In this document: one piece after another, positions 15,972 to 25,911 of the stretch
Numbering within the stretch: the first letter of the stretch is position 1
Layout: every line of letters starts with the position of its first letter
NCBI GenBank assembly: GCA_964392465.1
Contig: CAYMPC010000003.1
Coordinates: forward strand, 1-47,690
From: an uncultured Methanosarcinales archaeon
GTDB lineage: Archaea > Nanobdellota > Nanobdellia > Woesearchaeales > GW2011-AR15
Direction of reading: 5' to 3'
Length of the DNA stretch: 47,690 bases
The notes under the pieces: model-generated
Databases searched by the model: none
What the model was told of the DNA's origin: nothing
What the model saw: the letters and a program-made list of their open reading frames with translations, nothing else
Made by a program: the position numbers and the translations under genes

Positions 15972-18458
15972 ATGAAAAAAATAATACCTTTGAACTATGA
16001 ATTAAGTTTTGAACCAGATCTTACAACATTTAAATTTGAGGGAAAGGAAAAACTTCTCCTAGATATAAAAGAACCGACAAAAAAAATCGTACTTAATGCA
16101 GCAGAGCTTGAGATAAAAGCTTGCTCTCTTTTTATCAATAACAGAAATCTTACACCTGAAATAAAACTAGATAGTGAAGAGGAAGAACTTAGTTTGTCAT
16201 TTACTGAAACACTTTCAGGAAAAGCCATTCTCTCAGTTGATTTCACAGGCACTTTAAATGACCAATTGGTCGGTTTATATAGAAGTAAATATCATGTTGG
16301 TGAAAAAGAAAAATTCATGGCTACAAGCCAATTTGAAGCTGCAGATGCAAGAAGAGCCTTTCCTTGCTTTGATGAACCAGAAGCAAAGTCCACCTTTGAT
16401 ATAACTCTTATCACAAAAAACAATGAGACTGCAATTTCAAATATGCCAGTAAAGGAAGAAAAAGTGATTGATAATAATAGAAAAAGTTTTGTCTTCGAAA
16501 AGACTCCTTTTATGTCAACCTATCTTCTTTATTTATCTATAGGTGAATTTGAATATATAGAAGAGAGAACAGGAAAAGCATTAATAAGAGTTATTACAAC
16601 TCCTGGAAAAAAAGAGCAAGGAAGATTTGCATTGGAATTAGGGAAAAAATTCCTGGAGTTCTATGAACACTATTTCCAAATTCCCTATCCTCTGCCCAAA
16701 ATGGATTTAATTGCTATTCCGGATTTTGCTGCGGGTGCAATGGAAAATTGGGGGGCTATTACTTTTAGAGAAAATGCTCTTTTATTTGATACAAAATTCT
16801 CATCTACTGCAACAAAACAAAGAATTGCTGAAATAATTGCCCATGAAATAGCCCATCAGTGGTTTGGAAATCTTGTTACAATGAAGTGGTGGAATGACTT
16901 GTGGCTAAATGAAAGTTTTGCCACATATATGGCAACAAAAGCAGTTGATTCTGTCTTCCCTGAATTTGATTTTTGGAGCCAATTCATGAGTGATTCAACT
17001 GAATCTGCAATGAGGCTTGATTCTTTGAAATCCTCTCATCCGATTGAGGCAAAGGTAAAAACACCTAAAGAGATTGCTGAAATATTCGACGATATAAGCT
17101 ATGATAAGGGTGGTTCTATATTAAGAATGCTCAATAATTACCTAGGAGAAAACGACTTCATTGAAGGAATAAAAAGTTATCTCAACAAATACAAATATTC
17201 AAATACTGAATCTGTTGATCTTTGGGATTCTTTTGAAAAAGCATCTGAAAAACCTGTAAAAGAAATGCTGAAAAACTGGATAAAAAACACAGGTTATCCT
17301 CTTGTTGAAATAAAAGAAAAAAGAAATGAATTAGAAGTAACACAGTCAAGATTCCTTCTTGAAAAGCAAAATACAAATGATACTTGGAGCATCCCTTTTT
17401 CAATATCTTTCGAAAACAAAAAAATCTCTTTGCTTTTAGAAAACTCTTCTTCAAAAATAAAAAAGGAAACTAATTTTTATAAAGCAAATGAAGGACAATA
17501 TGGATTTTACAGAGTAAAATACCCTGCATCTGCATTAGCAGAATTAAAATCAAAGATCAAAAGCAGACAATTATCAAATATAGACAGATGGGGCATACAA
17601 AATGATTTCTATGCCTTATGCAAATCTGGAGAAGCTGCAACAAAAGAATATCTTGAATTAGCTGAAGCTTATATTGGAGACGAGGATTTCCTTGTGTGTT
17701 CAGATATACAAGACAATCTTGCTTCATACTATTATAATTCTTATTATGAGAAATTCAATTCTCAAATAATAGAATACAATAAAAAATTCCTGAAAGCTAT
17801 TTTTGATAAATTGACATGGGAGGTAAAAAAAGGAGAAAGACACACTACGCCTATGCTGAGAGGGAAGACACTTGCTTTCCTGGGAAAAATGGGAGATGAA
17901 AAAATAATTGAAGAAAGCAAAAGAAGATTTGATATTTATGTCAAAGAAAAAAAACTCACTCCTGATCTCCAATCTCCTGTCTTTAGTCTTATGGCATGGA
18001 ACGGAGATGAAAGACTATATAACTTGTTTAAAGAGTTATACAAAAAAGCAAAAACCCAAGAGGAAAAAATAAGATTCTTGGGTGCAATCTCTTCTTTCAA
18101 AAATAAGGATCTGCTCCAAAAGACCTTTGATTTCATGCTGTCTGATGAAATAAGATATTCTGACATGATTTATCCTATTGCATATCTTGCAGGAAATCCT
18201 GTTGCCAAGCCAATGCTATGGCCTTGGACAAAAGCCAATTGGAAAATACTTGAAGAAAGACTTGGAGAGACAAAAATGCTATTAAGAAGAATAATAAATA
18301 ATCTTGCTGTTCTCTCTGATGAAAAAAGTGAGAAGGATATAACAGAATTCTTCAAGAAGAATCCAACAAAAGGCATTGAGATGTCTCTTGCTCAATCATT
18401 AGAAAAAATAAAGATTAACACAAAATATCTTGAAAGGATGAGAAAAGAGTTTTCTTAA
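15972..18458 (+). CDS. M1-family zinc aminopeptidase (aminopeptidase N / tricorn-interacting factor F3-like)
   Basis: Exopeptidase motif GAMENWG; zincin motif HEIAHQWFGN followed by WLNESFA (HExxH-x18-E); 828 aa with an ERAP1-like C-terminal helical domain length. Confidence 0.93.
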   Translation: MKKIIPLNYELSFEPDLTTFKFEGKEKLLLDIKEPTKKIVLNAAELEIKACSLFINNRNLTPEIKLDSEEEELSLSFTETLSGKAILSVDFTGTLNDQLVGLYRSKYHVGEKEKFMATSQFEAADARRAFPCFDEPEAKSTFDITLITKNNETAISNMPVKEEKVIDNNRKSFVFEKTPFMSTYLLYLSIGEFEYIEERTGKALIRVITTPGKKEQGRFALELGKKFLEFYEHYFQIPYPLPKMDLIAIPDFAAGAMENWGAITFRENALLFDTKFSSTATKQRIAEIIAHEIAHQWFGNLVTMKWWNDLWLNESFATYMATKAVDSVFPEFDFWSQFMSDSTESAMRLDSLKSSHPIEAKVKTPKEIAEIFDDISYDKGGSILRMLNNYLGENDFIEGIKSYLNKYKYSNTESVDLWDSFEKASEKPVKEMLKNWIKNTGYPLVEIKEKRNELEVTQSRFLLEKQNTNDTWSIPFSISFENKKISLLLENSSSKIKKETNFYKANEGQYGFYRVKYPASALAELKSKIKSRQLSNIDRWGIQNDFYALCKSGEAATKEYLELAEAYIGDEDFLVCSDIQDNLASYYYNSYYEKFNSQIIEYNKKFLKAIFDKLTWEVKKGERHTTPMLRGKTLAFLGKMGDEKIIEESKRRFDIYVKEKKLTPDLQSPVFSLMAWNGDERLYNLFKELYKKAKTQEEKIRFLGAISSFKNKDLLQKTFDFMLSDEIRYSDMIYPIAYLAGNPVAKPMLWPWTKANWKILEERLGETKMLLRRIINNLAVLSDEKSEKDITEFFKKNPTKGIEMSLAQSLEKIKINTKYLERMRKEFS

Positions 18459-18466
18459 TTTTTTTT
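18459..18466 (+). terminator. Oligo-T tract (T8) immediately after the aminopeptidase stop
   Basis: TAA followed by TTTTTTTT. Archaeal termination typically uses oligo-T runs. Confidence 0.35.
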
Positions 18467-18484
18467 ATTTAGAGAATTTAGACA

Positions 18485-19324
18485 TTATGTTTTAGAATAT
18501 ATTCTTTTTAGTAACAAAGCATCTTCTTCAATATTTGGGCTCTCAGAAATAACAACACCTTTTATTTTGAAATCTTTCCAGACTTTAACCAAGTCTTTAT
18601 AGTTCATATCCGATTCTTCCAAAATTAAGTGATTTCTTTCTCCTTTTTCTGTATAATTTATGCCAGATAAATGTATATGCATATTGTTTAGTCCTTCTTT
18701 TCCTAGGTAATTTTCAACCTTCTCCAAAACTTCTCTGAATTCTTTCTCTGTATTATACTTACCTCCTGATCTCGCATGGATATGTGAAAAATCAAACACT
18801 GGCATGACCCCTTTTATTTCCTGACTTATTTTCAAAAGCTCATCAACATTGCCAAATTGCGTTTCCTTCCCTGTTGTTTCGGGTCGCAACCAAACATCAT
18901 ATCCTTTTTCATCCATATTTTCTCTTATCTCTTTTATTCCTTTTTTGATAGTCTCAAAAACTCTTTCTTTTTCCATATTAAGATAAAAACCAGGATGAAA
19001 GCAGACACTATATCCTCCGCATAGATTAAGTATTTCTGCTGATTTTTCAATCCTTCCCTTGCTTGCTTGCATCTTTTCAGGTTCTATAGCATTAAGATTA
19101 ATAAAATAAGGAGCATGGCATGTTAAAAATATATTATTGCTCTCTGCCTGTTTTTTAATCAGCGGTGCTTTTTCTTTTGTTATATTGATATTATGGACAA
19201 ACTCTAATTCCATACATTCAAGATCAAGCTCTCTTACTCTTGAGATTCCATTTAAAGTATTCCTATCTATTGTAGATAATGGTACTCCTGCTGTTCCGAA
19301 TAACAAGGAATTAGGCTGTTTCAT
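18485..19324 (-). CDS. nfo: Endonuclease IV-like AP endonuclease / xylose-isomerase-like TIM barrel protein
   Basis: CHAPYFINLNA, VCFHPGFY, LRPETTGK, FDFSHIHARSG, MHIHLSGI: spacing of metal-ligand His/Glu/Asp typical of AP endonuclease family 2. Confidence 0.7.
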   Translation of the reverse strand: MKQPNSLLFGTAGVPLSTIDRNTLNGISRVRELDLECMELEFVHNINITKEKAPLIKKQAESNNIFLTCHAPYFINLNAIEPEKMQASKGRIEKSAEILNLCGGYSVCFHPGFYLNMEKERVFETIKKGIKEIRENMDEKGYDVWLRPETTGKETQFGNVDELLKISQEIKGVMPVFDFSHIHARSGGKYNTEKEFREVLEKVENYLGKEGLNNMHIHLSGINYTEKGERNHLILEESDMNYKDLVKVWKDFKIKGVVISESPNIEEDALLLKRIYSKT

Positions 19325-19393
19325 AGAAAAAAATATTATTTAATTTTATATAAAGATTATGTATAATAACGTATAATAGAAAAAATATTAAAA

Positions 19394-20827
19394 TTACTTA
19401 CCCATGAATTTTCTCATCATTGGGTTCATATCATAAAGGTGCTCTCTTGCAATGTCTTCATACAATTTATAGACAATCATAACTGTTAATAAAATTCCTG
19501 TTCCTCTTGATAATGCGCCCATTAAATCTGCTGCTGCTGCTAAAAATCCTACAGCAATAGCTCCCATTACAGTTAAAGGCATGATATATCTATCAAGCAA
19601 TCTCTCTAAAATTCTTTTATCCTTTCTAAATCCTGGAATTTGAAGCCCTGAAGACATTATTTGGTTGGCAAGGCTTCCTGAATCCATTCCTGAAGTTTGC
19701 ACCCAAAATATGGAAAATAAAACAGATCCTCCTATCATAAGGAGAATGTATATTAATGAATTAACAAGAGTTGGCCAAATAATAGACCATTGTCCTCCGC
19801 TTTGAAATAATGTGTTAACAAGATTCGGCCCATTTAAGACAGCGACTAAACCTGTGGGAACGCCTCCTGCAGTATATCCCCCTATTATAGGTAATGGGTT
19901 CCCTCCTGTCCAGTTTTGCAGTAATCTAACCCATAATTGCAATGTTGCAAATAAAGAAGCAACTAAAATAACTGGAATGTTACTGGTATAAATAAATTGA
20001 AGTGGCCATCTTATACCGTGACCTCTAACTCTTCCAAAAGACAACGGAATTTCTATTTTCATTGCTTGTGCATACACTGCCATTCCGAAAATAACAATTG
20101 TAGCAAGTATTGTAATAAAAGCTATGCCTGCCCCTGTAATATCTCCATTTGTAATAGAAGCTATCATGCCCCATAAGGTTCCAACAATTGGACCCTGAAA
20201 AGTAGATTCCCAAACAAGATTTCCTGCTGTGTCTGTAAATGAAATCAATCTTATAAGTATCTGTTTACTAATCCCTGCTGCGATAAACAGTGAAATACCT
20301 GAGCCAAACCCCCACTTACTTACTATCTCATCCATAAATAAAACAATCATACCTCCCAATAATAACTCAAATATCAGCAGAAACTGAAATTGCAACTTTA
20401 ATGCACCTGTTACTCCGACAGGTGGCATTATCCCTCCCATAAAAACATAAATTGCTGATTCAAATATAATAAAGAAAATGGAGAACAATTTCTGAAATCC
20501 CTGAAACTTTCTTTTCCCCTCATGGGAGGTTAAATCAAATTTAAATATTCCTGCTCCGTTTAATAGCTGTAATATAATGGACCCTGTGACAATTGGACCT
20601 ATCCCTAAAGAAAGCAAAGAACCAAACTCTGCACCCAAGATAATAGAAAGATATTCAAATTGTGCCAGGGTGTTTTCTCCCAGTGGCCAAAGAGGAATCA
20701 TTCCTAATATAAAAAATAAGACAAGAACAATTAAAGTCCATTTTAATCTTTCATTAAAAGGTAATCTTTTTTGTTTTGGTGATTCAACTTCAGGAAGATT
20801 TAAAATGATATTATCAAAAAGTCCCAT
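19394..20827 (-). CDS. secY: Preprotein translocase subunit SecY
   Basis: 477 aa, about 10 TM. LGIGPIVTGSIILQLL plug/TM2 motif. Lies directly downstream of uL15, as in archaeal spc operons. Confidence 0.93.
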   Translation of the reverse strand: MGLFDNIILNLPEVESPKQKRLPFNERLKWTLIVLVLFFILGMIPLWPLGENTLAQFEYLSIILGAEFGSLLSLGIGPIVTGSIILQLLNGAGIFKFDLTSHEGKRKFQGFQKLFSIFFIIFESAIYVFMGGIMPPVGVTGALKLQFQFLLIFELLLGGMIVLFMDEIVSKWGFGSGISLFIAAGISKQILIRLISFTDTAGNLVWESTFQGPIVGTLWGMIASITNGDITGAGIAFITILATIVIFGMAVYAQAMKIEIPLSFGRVRGHGIRWPLQFIYTSNIPVILVASLFATLQLWVRLLQNWTGGNPLPIIGGYTAGGVPTGLVAVLNGPNLVNTLFQSGGQWSIIWPTLVNSLIYILLMIGGSVLFSIFWVQTSGMDSGSLANQIMSSGLQIPGFRKDKRILERLLDRYIMPLTVMGAIAVGFLAAAADLMGALSRGTGILLTVMIVYKLYEDIAREHLYDMNPMMRKFMGK

Positions 20828-20880
20828 TTTATAATAATAAGAAAAAATACTCCTTTTTAATTCTATTTATTTTATTGATT

Positions 20881-21339
20881 TTATTCTGAGGGGGATTTTT
20901 CTTTTAATTCTATCTTTCCGCCTGCTGCTTCTATTTTTGAAATTGCATTTTCGCTTGCAGAATCAACTATTACTTGAAGCTTGATTTTTAGGTCTCCTTT
21001 TGATAATAATTTGGAATAACCCAAAGAGGATAAATCAATTAAAAATACTTCTCCTTCTCTCTTCATGGTGCCATCTTTCAAGAAAGTGGCTAGTTTGTCC
21101 TGAATTTGCTGTATATTTATTGTTCTAATTTTTTCTGCCCTTGATTTAAAACCATATTTGCCAAGGTAATCTTTTTGGCCTTTTGTGATTTGCATAAGTT
21201 TTGCAGATCCCCTTTTACCTATATTTGATCGGCCAAATCCTCCTCGGTGGCCTGAGCCCCTATGCTTCTTTTTTGAGCCGTAACCTGCTGTTTTTTTTGC
21301 TGCCCTTGCCCTTGATCTCTTGGTTCTTTTGGTCTGCAT
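20881..21339 (-). CDS. rpl15: 50S ribosomal protein uL15
   Basis: Gly/Arg/Lys-rich N-terminus (GYGSKKKHRGSGHRGGFG), position between uL30 and SecY. Confidence 0.9.
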   Translation of the reverse strand: MQTKRTKRSRARAAKKTAGYGSKKKHRGSGHRGGFGRSNIGKRGSAKLMQITKGQKDYLGKYGFKSRAEKIRTINIQQIQDKLATFLKDGTMKREGEVFLIDLSSLGYSKLLSKGDLKIKLQVIVDSASENAISKIEAAGGKIELKEKSPSE

Positions 21340-21340
21340 T

Positions 21341-21805
21341 TTAAATCATCCTTTTAATCAAATCATTTATCTTCTCTCCTCTATAACCTAATGCGCCTCC
21401 TTCATTAAACCCATATTTGACGCCATTTCTGCCATATCCTTTTTTTGGAGGAGATAATCTAAAATATCTTTTATAACTTTTTCCTTCATAAACTATGCAT
21501 TTTTCATATTCTATTTTTCCTTTCTTATCTTTTGTCCTTTCTTTGAAGAGTTCTCCTCTTTTCTTAAAAAGTTCGTCTCTGCTTTCTTTAGAAATCTCTC
21601 CCCATGTAACATAATCTTTAACTGAAATAATCGCTCCTCTGTTTGAAGGAGTCTCTTCCAAAATTATACATCTGTTTTTTTGGTGAAGATTTAAATGCCT
21701 AAATGTTTCTTTTACTTCCTTTCTTAAGTTTACTTCTCCCCTTACCCTTATAACTGCTAAAAGAGTGTCTTTACTTTTTTCTTGTCTCTTTTCTTCTTTT
21801 TCCAT
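21341..21805 (-). CDS. rpl30: 50S ribosomal protein uL30
   Basis: LLAVIRVRGEVNLRKEVKETFRHLNLHQKNRCII; operon position. Confidence 0.9.
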   Translation of the reverse strand: MEKEEKRQEKSKDTLLAVIRVRGEVNLRKEVKETFRHLNLHQKNRCIILEETPSNRGAIISVKDYVTWGEISKESRDELFKKRGELFKERTKDKKGKIEYEKCIVYEGKSYKRYFRLSPPKKGYGRNGVKYGFNEGGALGYRGEKINDLIKRMI

Positions 21806-22643
21806 CTTTCTTTACCTCTTTAGGTTTTTCTTCTGATTGTGTTGCTGTTTTATTCAGGCTTTCAACTTTTTCTTTTTCTGTAGGACCATCTATTGCGCTT
21901 AATCTCTGATAGTGTATCTCCTGCAACTTCGTACTCATTAATTTTTTCAAGGCATCTTCTGCTGCTTTTATCAAATTGATTTTTGTTCTTGACTGGCCAT
22001 ATGTTTTTGACCACGCATCTTTTACTCCAGCTAATTCTAGAATTTTTGCGATTTCTTTATCTACTCTAAGTCCTGTTCCTTTTGGTGCAGGAACTAATTT
22101 TATTATTGAAGATCCACACTTTCCTTCAACTTTAAAGGGTAAAGAATGTGGTTCTCCGCATCCGCATTCCCAACTTCCGCATCCTCTTCTTATCTTAAAG
22201 ATATTAAATTTTGCATTCCTTATTGCTTTTTCTCTTGCCGGAACTGTCTCTTTAGATTTCCCATACCCCAATCCAATAATTCCTTTTTTATTTCCAACTA
22301 CTGCCAATGTTGCAAATCTTGGTTTATTTCCTTCTTTTGTCTTTTTTTGAGTTTGTCTGAAAATCCTTCTTTTTCCTCCCCCAAATTTTCCTTTTGCTTG
22401 ACCAATTAAAAGCAAGTCGTTTTGAAGGTCTGGAATTAAAGTATCTAGAATCCCTTTTTCCATTATAACATATCCATTATCAAGAATAAAATTTATATCT
22501 GTAATCTCGCCTGATGCTACTCTTTTTCCAAGTTCTGTTTTTGGTTTCCACTCTGATTCTTTTATAATTATTGGTGCATCTTCATCTACTAAAACACTCA
22601 TTTCTTCTGTTTCTTTTTTGTTTTTATCGACCATTTTAATCAT
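21771..22643 (-). CDS. rps5: 30S ribosomal protein uS5, with a K/E-rich C-terminal tail
   Basis: WKPKTELGRRV-like N-terminal domain, RFATLAVVGNKKGIIGLGYGKSKE, GTGLRV. The 3' end overlaps the uL30 start by 35 nt. Confidence 0.9.
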   Translation of the reverse strand: MIKMVDKNKKETEEMSVLVDEDAPIIIKESEWKPKTELGKRVASGEITDINFILDNGYVIMEKGILDTLIPDLQNDLLLIGQAKGKFGGGKRRIFRQTQKKTKEGNKPRFATLAVVGNKKGIIGLGYGKSKETVPAREKAIRNAKFNIFKIRRGCGSWECGCGEPHSLPFKVEGKCGSSIIKLVPAPKGTGLRVDKEIAKILELAGVKDAWSKTYGQSRTKINLIKAAEDALKKLMSTKLQEIHYQRLSAIDGPTEKEKVESLNKTATQSEEKPKEVKKDGKRRKETRKK

Positions 22644-23170
22644 TCTGATAATATTTTTTGTTTTGCTTTTTCAAAAGATTCCTGGAGTTTTACAGATTTT
22701 TTATCTTCTTTAGAGAGAGTTTTTACATATTCTTCTATGTGCTTACCAAAAACCCTATCTTCTTTTGGAACAACTTCTTCTGAAAATTTTATTTTAAGTC
22801 CCGCGTCTGCTGCTCCTTTCACAACCGCAAATATTTTTGATCCTTTTATTGGAGCTTGTAATCCTATGTCTGTTATTGCTTCCTGGCCTTTTGTTCTTGA
22901 ACCTATTAATAATCCCGTAAGATATGCCGCGGGTGTGTTGCCTGTGCTTAACTCCCATCCGTATTTTGCCAATTCTTTAGAATGTGCTGATTTTATTATA
23001 ATATCTCCTTGTTCACCATATTGAATGAGCTGAACCAACATATGTTTATTTGATTTTCTGATTACTAACCTTGGTAATTTAGATTTTAAGATAACCAATC
23101 TTGATTTATAATCTGTTCTTCCTTCTCTCTTTCTCCTATATTGTGCCGTAAATATTTTTTTGTTTGCCAT
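22640..23170 (-). CDS. rpl18: 50S ribosomal protein uL18
   Basis: RRKREGRTDYKSRL, LVIRKSNKHMLVQLI, NTPAAYLTGLLIG. Confidence 0.92.
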   Translation of the reverse strand: MANKKIFTAQYRRKREGRTDYKSRLVILKSKLPRLVIRKSNKHMLVQLIQYGEQGDIIIKSAHSKELAKYGWELSTGNTPAAYLTGLLIGSRTKGQEAITDIGLQAPIKGSKIFAVVKGAADAGLKIKFSEEVVPKEDRVFGKHIEEYVKTLSKEDKKSVKLQESFEKAKQKILSE

Positions 23171-23177
23171 TTTTTAC

Positions 23178-23624
23178 CTATTTGACTAATTTGTGCTCTG
23201 TTAAATATAATTTAATGTGCCTTTTACTTCTAAAAAAACCGCCTTTAGATTTCATATACAAATTTTTATACACTTCTTGTGTAATTTTATTTTTTTTCTT
23301 GAGGTTTTTTAAAAAAGTTCTCTGCAACCTCATTTTATTAATCCATGTTCTTTTTGGTTTTAATCTAGCGTTTGCGCTTCCTTTTCTTGAACCTTGTCCT
23401 CTTTTTCTTCCTTTTAGTTTTTGTGCTTTATTTTTTCTTATTCTGGCTTTTGAAATACCTTTATCTTGTTCAAGTAGTATTGCATCATCTTTTATTAATG
23501 CCCTTATATCTGCTCTTGTTATTGCTTCCTTAATTTTATCTAGTTTCAAAAGATTGAACTTTATTTTCTTAGAGGATCTTTTTGAGATCTTTGCTGCTAA
23601 TCTTTTTTGGATTTTTGATTTCAT
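23178..23624 (-). CDS. rpl19e: 50S ribosomal protein eL19
   Basis: QKRLAAKI..., RKGSANARLPKK-like basic core; operon position. Confidence 0.9.
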   Translation of the reverse strand: MKSKIQKRLAAKISKRSSKKIKFNLLKLDKIKEAITRADIRALIKDDAILLEQDKGISKARIRKNKAQKLKGRKRGQGSRKGSANARLKPKRTWINKMRLQRTFLKNLKKKNKITQEVYKNLYMKSKGGFFRSKRHIKLYLTEHKLVK

Positions 23625-23633
23625 TTTTGATCA

Positions 23634-24200
23634 TTAAAATTTTTTTGTTAATAGTTTATCTATCTCTTTTTTTTCTAATTTTTTCTTCTCTTCTTCACTT
23701 AATTTGTCTTCAATAGATTCGTCTTTTTTCTCAGATTGCTTCTTTTGTTCTATTTTTTCTTTTTTTCCTTCTTGTTTGCCTTTTCTTGTTTCTCTTAACT
23801 TCTTTTTTTCTTGCATATATTCTTCTGGATTTTTTATATTTAAGATAGTAACCTTGTTTTTGATTAATTCCTCAATCAAAATAAGTTTCTTTTTTAATCC
23901 CATTTTCCCCGAGATAATTGCCCCGTTCTCTTTTGGATTAATGTTTTTAATGTCCTTGATATTTTTTACAACAACAATAGATAAGCCGGATTTATGTATT
24001 CCTCTTAAAACTCTTGGGCTTCCGTATCCTGGTTCTACTATTGCCTGTCTCTGCATTCTTTTTCTTTGCTTTGAATCCCATCCTCTTGGTTTTCTCCACA
24101 CTTTTGATAGTCTCTTTTTTTTATAAGAGTCTTGGCGCAAAAATTTAGGGTTTTTTGCCTTTTTCCTTTTTTTAAAGTCTAATAATTTTTGATCGGTCAT
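23634..24200 (-). CDS. rpl32e: 50S ribosomal protein eL32, with a ~55-aa K/E-rich C-terminal tail
   Basis: KFLRQDSYKKKRLSKVWRKPRGWDSKQR, EPGYGSP; operon position. Confidence 0.88.
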   Translation of the reverse strand: MTDQKLLDFKKRKKAKNPKFLRQDSYKKKRLSKVWRKPRGWDSKQRKRMQRQAIVEPGYGSPRVLRGIHKSGLSIVVVKNIKDIKNINPKENGAIISGKMGLKKKLILIEELIKNKVTILNIKNPEEYMQEKKKLRETRKGKQEGKKEKIEQKKQSEKKDESIEDKLSEEEKKKLEKKEIDKLLTKKF

Positions 24201-24201
24201 T

Positions 24202-24747
24202 TTATATCTTCTTTCCTGCTTTTTCTATAATATAGATACCATCCTGAAATATTCTTCTATCAAATCCAGGCCTTCTTGTTGTTTTTTCAATATCTGCGGC
24301 AACTTGGCCAGCAAGTTCTTTGTTACTGCTTTCAATAGTAATAATATTTCCATCAACTTTAACTGTCACTCCTTGCTTTAATTTTAATTGTCTTGGAACC
24401 TTTTCCCCTAAAAAGTTCTTGATTAACATTATGTTATTTGATACACTTACATTCATGGGAAAATGCCCAGAGCAAATCTTTAAAACATATACATAATGCT
24501 CACTAAGTCCAGCTATCAAATTTTTAGTATGTGCCCTATATGCGTGCAATACTGCTTTATCTTTCTTTGAGGCCGATTTGCATGAAAAGACTATTTCCCT
24601 ATCTTTTAATTCTACTTTAATAGAAGGGTTATCAAATCTTTTTATGTTTGCTCCTTTATTTCCCTTGAAAGTAAAATTATTTTTATCTTCAATAACTGAA
24701 ACTCCTTCTGGGAGCTTTACTGACTCTACTAAATCTTTTTTTGCCAT
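24202..24747 (-). CDS. rpl6: 50S ribosomal protein uL6
   Basis: Track start at 24759 is TTG; the ATG is at 24747 (MAKKDLVESVKLPEGVSV). Two-domain uL6 pattern; operon position. Confidence 0.9.
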   Translation of the reverse strand: MAKKDLVESVKLPEGVSVIEDKNNFTFKGNKGANIKRFDNPSIKVELKDREIVFSCKSASKKDKAVLHAYRAHTKNLIAGLSEHYVYVLKICSGHFPMNVSVSNNIMLIKNFLGEKVPRQLKLKQGVTVKVDGNIITIESSNKELAGQVAADIEKTTRRPGFDRRIFQDGIYIIEKAGKKI

Positions 24748-24755
24748 TTTAATCT

Positions 24756-25148
24756 TCAATAAACATATGCTATTAATTTTCCACCAAGGTGTTTTTTCGT
24801 TGCATCCTCTTGGGTCATCATTCCTTTGTTTGTTGAAACAATCAAAAATCCAAACCCAAATGCTGGGAGGAATCTTTTCTCAAATTTTTTATATTCTTCT
24901 ACTTTTACTTTATTTCTTGGTTTTATTACGCCTGTCTGATTTATGTTTCCTAATAAACTAATTTCAAGATATCCTCCTTTTTCATCTTTAATCTCTTTTA
25001 TTTCACCAAGATAATTATTGTCTTTAATTATATTTAAAACAGCTCTTATAGTTTTTGAGTTGTGTCTAGTAACTAATTGTTTTTTTCCTTTTTTGTCTTC
25101 CATACTTATGTGTGAAAGCACATTTGCTAATGAATCGTTGAGTACCAT
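24756..25148 (-). CDS. rps8: 30S ribosomal protein uS8
   Basis: Track start at 25157 is GTG; the ATG is at 25148 (MVLNDSLANVLSHI...). C-terminal GGKLIAYVY. Confidence 0.92.
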   Translation of the reverse strand: MVLNDSLANVLSHISMEDKKGKKQLVTRHNSKTIRAVLNIIKDNNYLGEIKEIKDEKGGYLEISLLGNINQTGVIKPRNKVKVEEYKKFEKRFLPAFGFGFLIVSTNKGMMTQEDATKKHLGGKLIAYVY

Positions 25149-25156
25149 TTTTTTCA

Positions 25157-25393
25157 CTAATTATATTTTTTAAATCCTATTTTTGTTGAAATTTCTCTAA
25201 AGCAACACCTACAATATTTTAAATTATATTGACCTACAAATCCTCCTACTCCTGTTCTGCCGCACCTTGTACATTTTAAGGTTTGTCTCCCACAAGATCT
25301 TTGCTTAGGTAAATTGTATTTTCTAAACCTCTTTAGTTTCTGTGGTTTTTTCATAAGCTGTTTAAGCATCTTGTTTGGGTCTGATGTTGTCAT
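25157..25393 (-). CDS. rps14: 30S ribosomal protein uS14 (zinc-binding type) with N-terminal extension
   Basis: CTRCGRT...YCRCCFRE Cys4 zinc motif; position between uL5 and uS8. Confidence 0.88.
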   Translation of the reverse strand: MTTSDPNKMLKQLMKKPQKLKRFRKYNLPKQRSCGRQTLKCTRCGRTGVGGFVGQYNLKYCRCCFREISTKIGFKKYN

Positions 25394-25396
25394 TTA

Positions 25397-25909
25397 TTAT
25401 TCCTCCAAAACAATATTGAATTTTTCTTTGAAAAAGGCAATGCTTTCTTCCTGAGATATTTTATGTGCCTTACCTATTTTTCTTGAAAGTTTTCTTCTTC
25501 TTTTTACCCTATATCCTGGTCTTGATAATGTTGCAGTAACCTGAAAACCAATAATACCTATTTCTGAATCATATTCCAACCCGGGAACATTGATATACTC
25601 ATGAATCCCAAAAGAAACGTTTCCTTCTTTATCAAAAAAATCCTTTTTCAGTTTATTTTCTTTTGCTAAGATAAGTCTTGCTAGTAAATCTTCTATTTTC
25701 TTTTTGCTTCTTATGCTTATCTTACACCCTATAGGAAGACCGGGCCTAACACCCCAAGCCGGAATTCTTTTGTTCGTTACTGTTTTTACTGGCTCTACTC
25801 CTGTAAGGTTTTTTAACAATTTACTTCCTTTCTTTAATAGGTCTTGGTTCGTTCCTGCGCCTACATTTAAAGTAAGCTTCTCTATTTTTATTTGTTTCAT
25901 TGGATTCAT
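25397..25909 (-). CDS. rpl5: 50S ribosomal protein uL5
   Basis: IEKLTLNVGAG, FGIHEYINVPGLEYD; operon position. Confidence 0.92.
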   Translation of the reverse strand: MNPMKQIKIEKLTLNVGAGTNQDLLKKGSKLLKNLTGVEPVKTVTNKRIPAWGVRPGLPIGCKISIRSKKKIEDLLARLILAKENKLKKDFFDKEGNVSFGIHEYINVPGLEYDSEIGIIGFQVTATLSRPGYRVKRRRKLSRKIGKAHKISQEESIAFFKEKFNIVLEE

Positions 25910-25911
25910 TT

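Noticed and set aside
21771-21805. Programmed frameshift linking uS5 and uL30
   Set aside because: Both proteins are complete in their own frames with normal starts and stops, and I saw no slippery heptamer plus structure. The overlap is better explained by the uS5 tail extension.
23164-24126. 157-aa and 140-aa + strand ORFs over the eL19/eL32 genes
   Set aside because: They are antisense to Lys/Glu-rich ribosomal protein genes. AAA/GAA codons read as TTT/TTC on the other strand, giving long stop-free Phe/Leu-rich frames. The same explanation covers the other short antisense ORFs in the track, for example 2352-2693, 6407-7096, 8438-8839, 12450-12842, 21976-22409 and 28306-28572.
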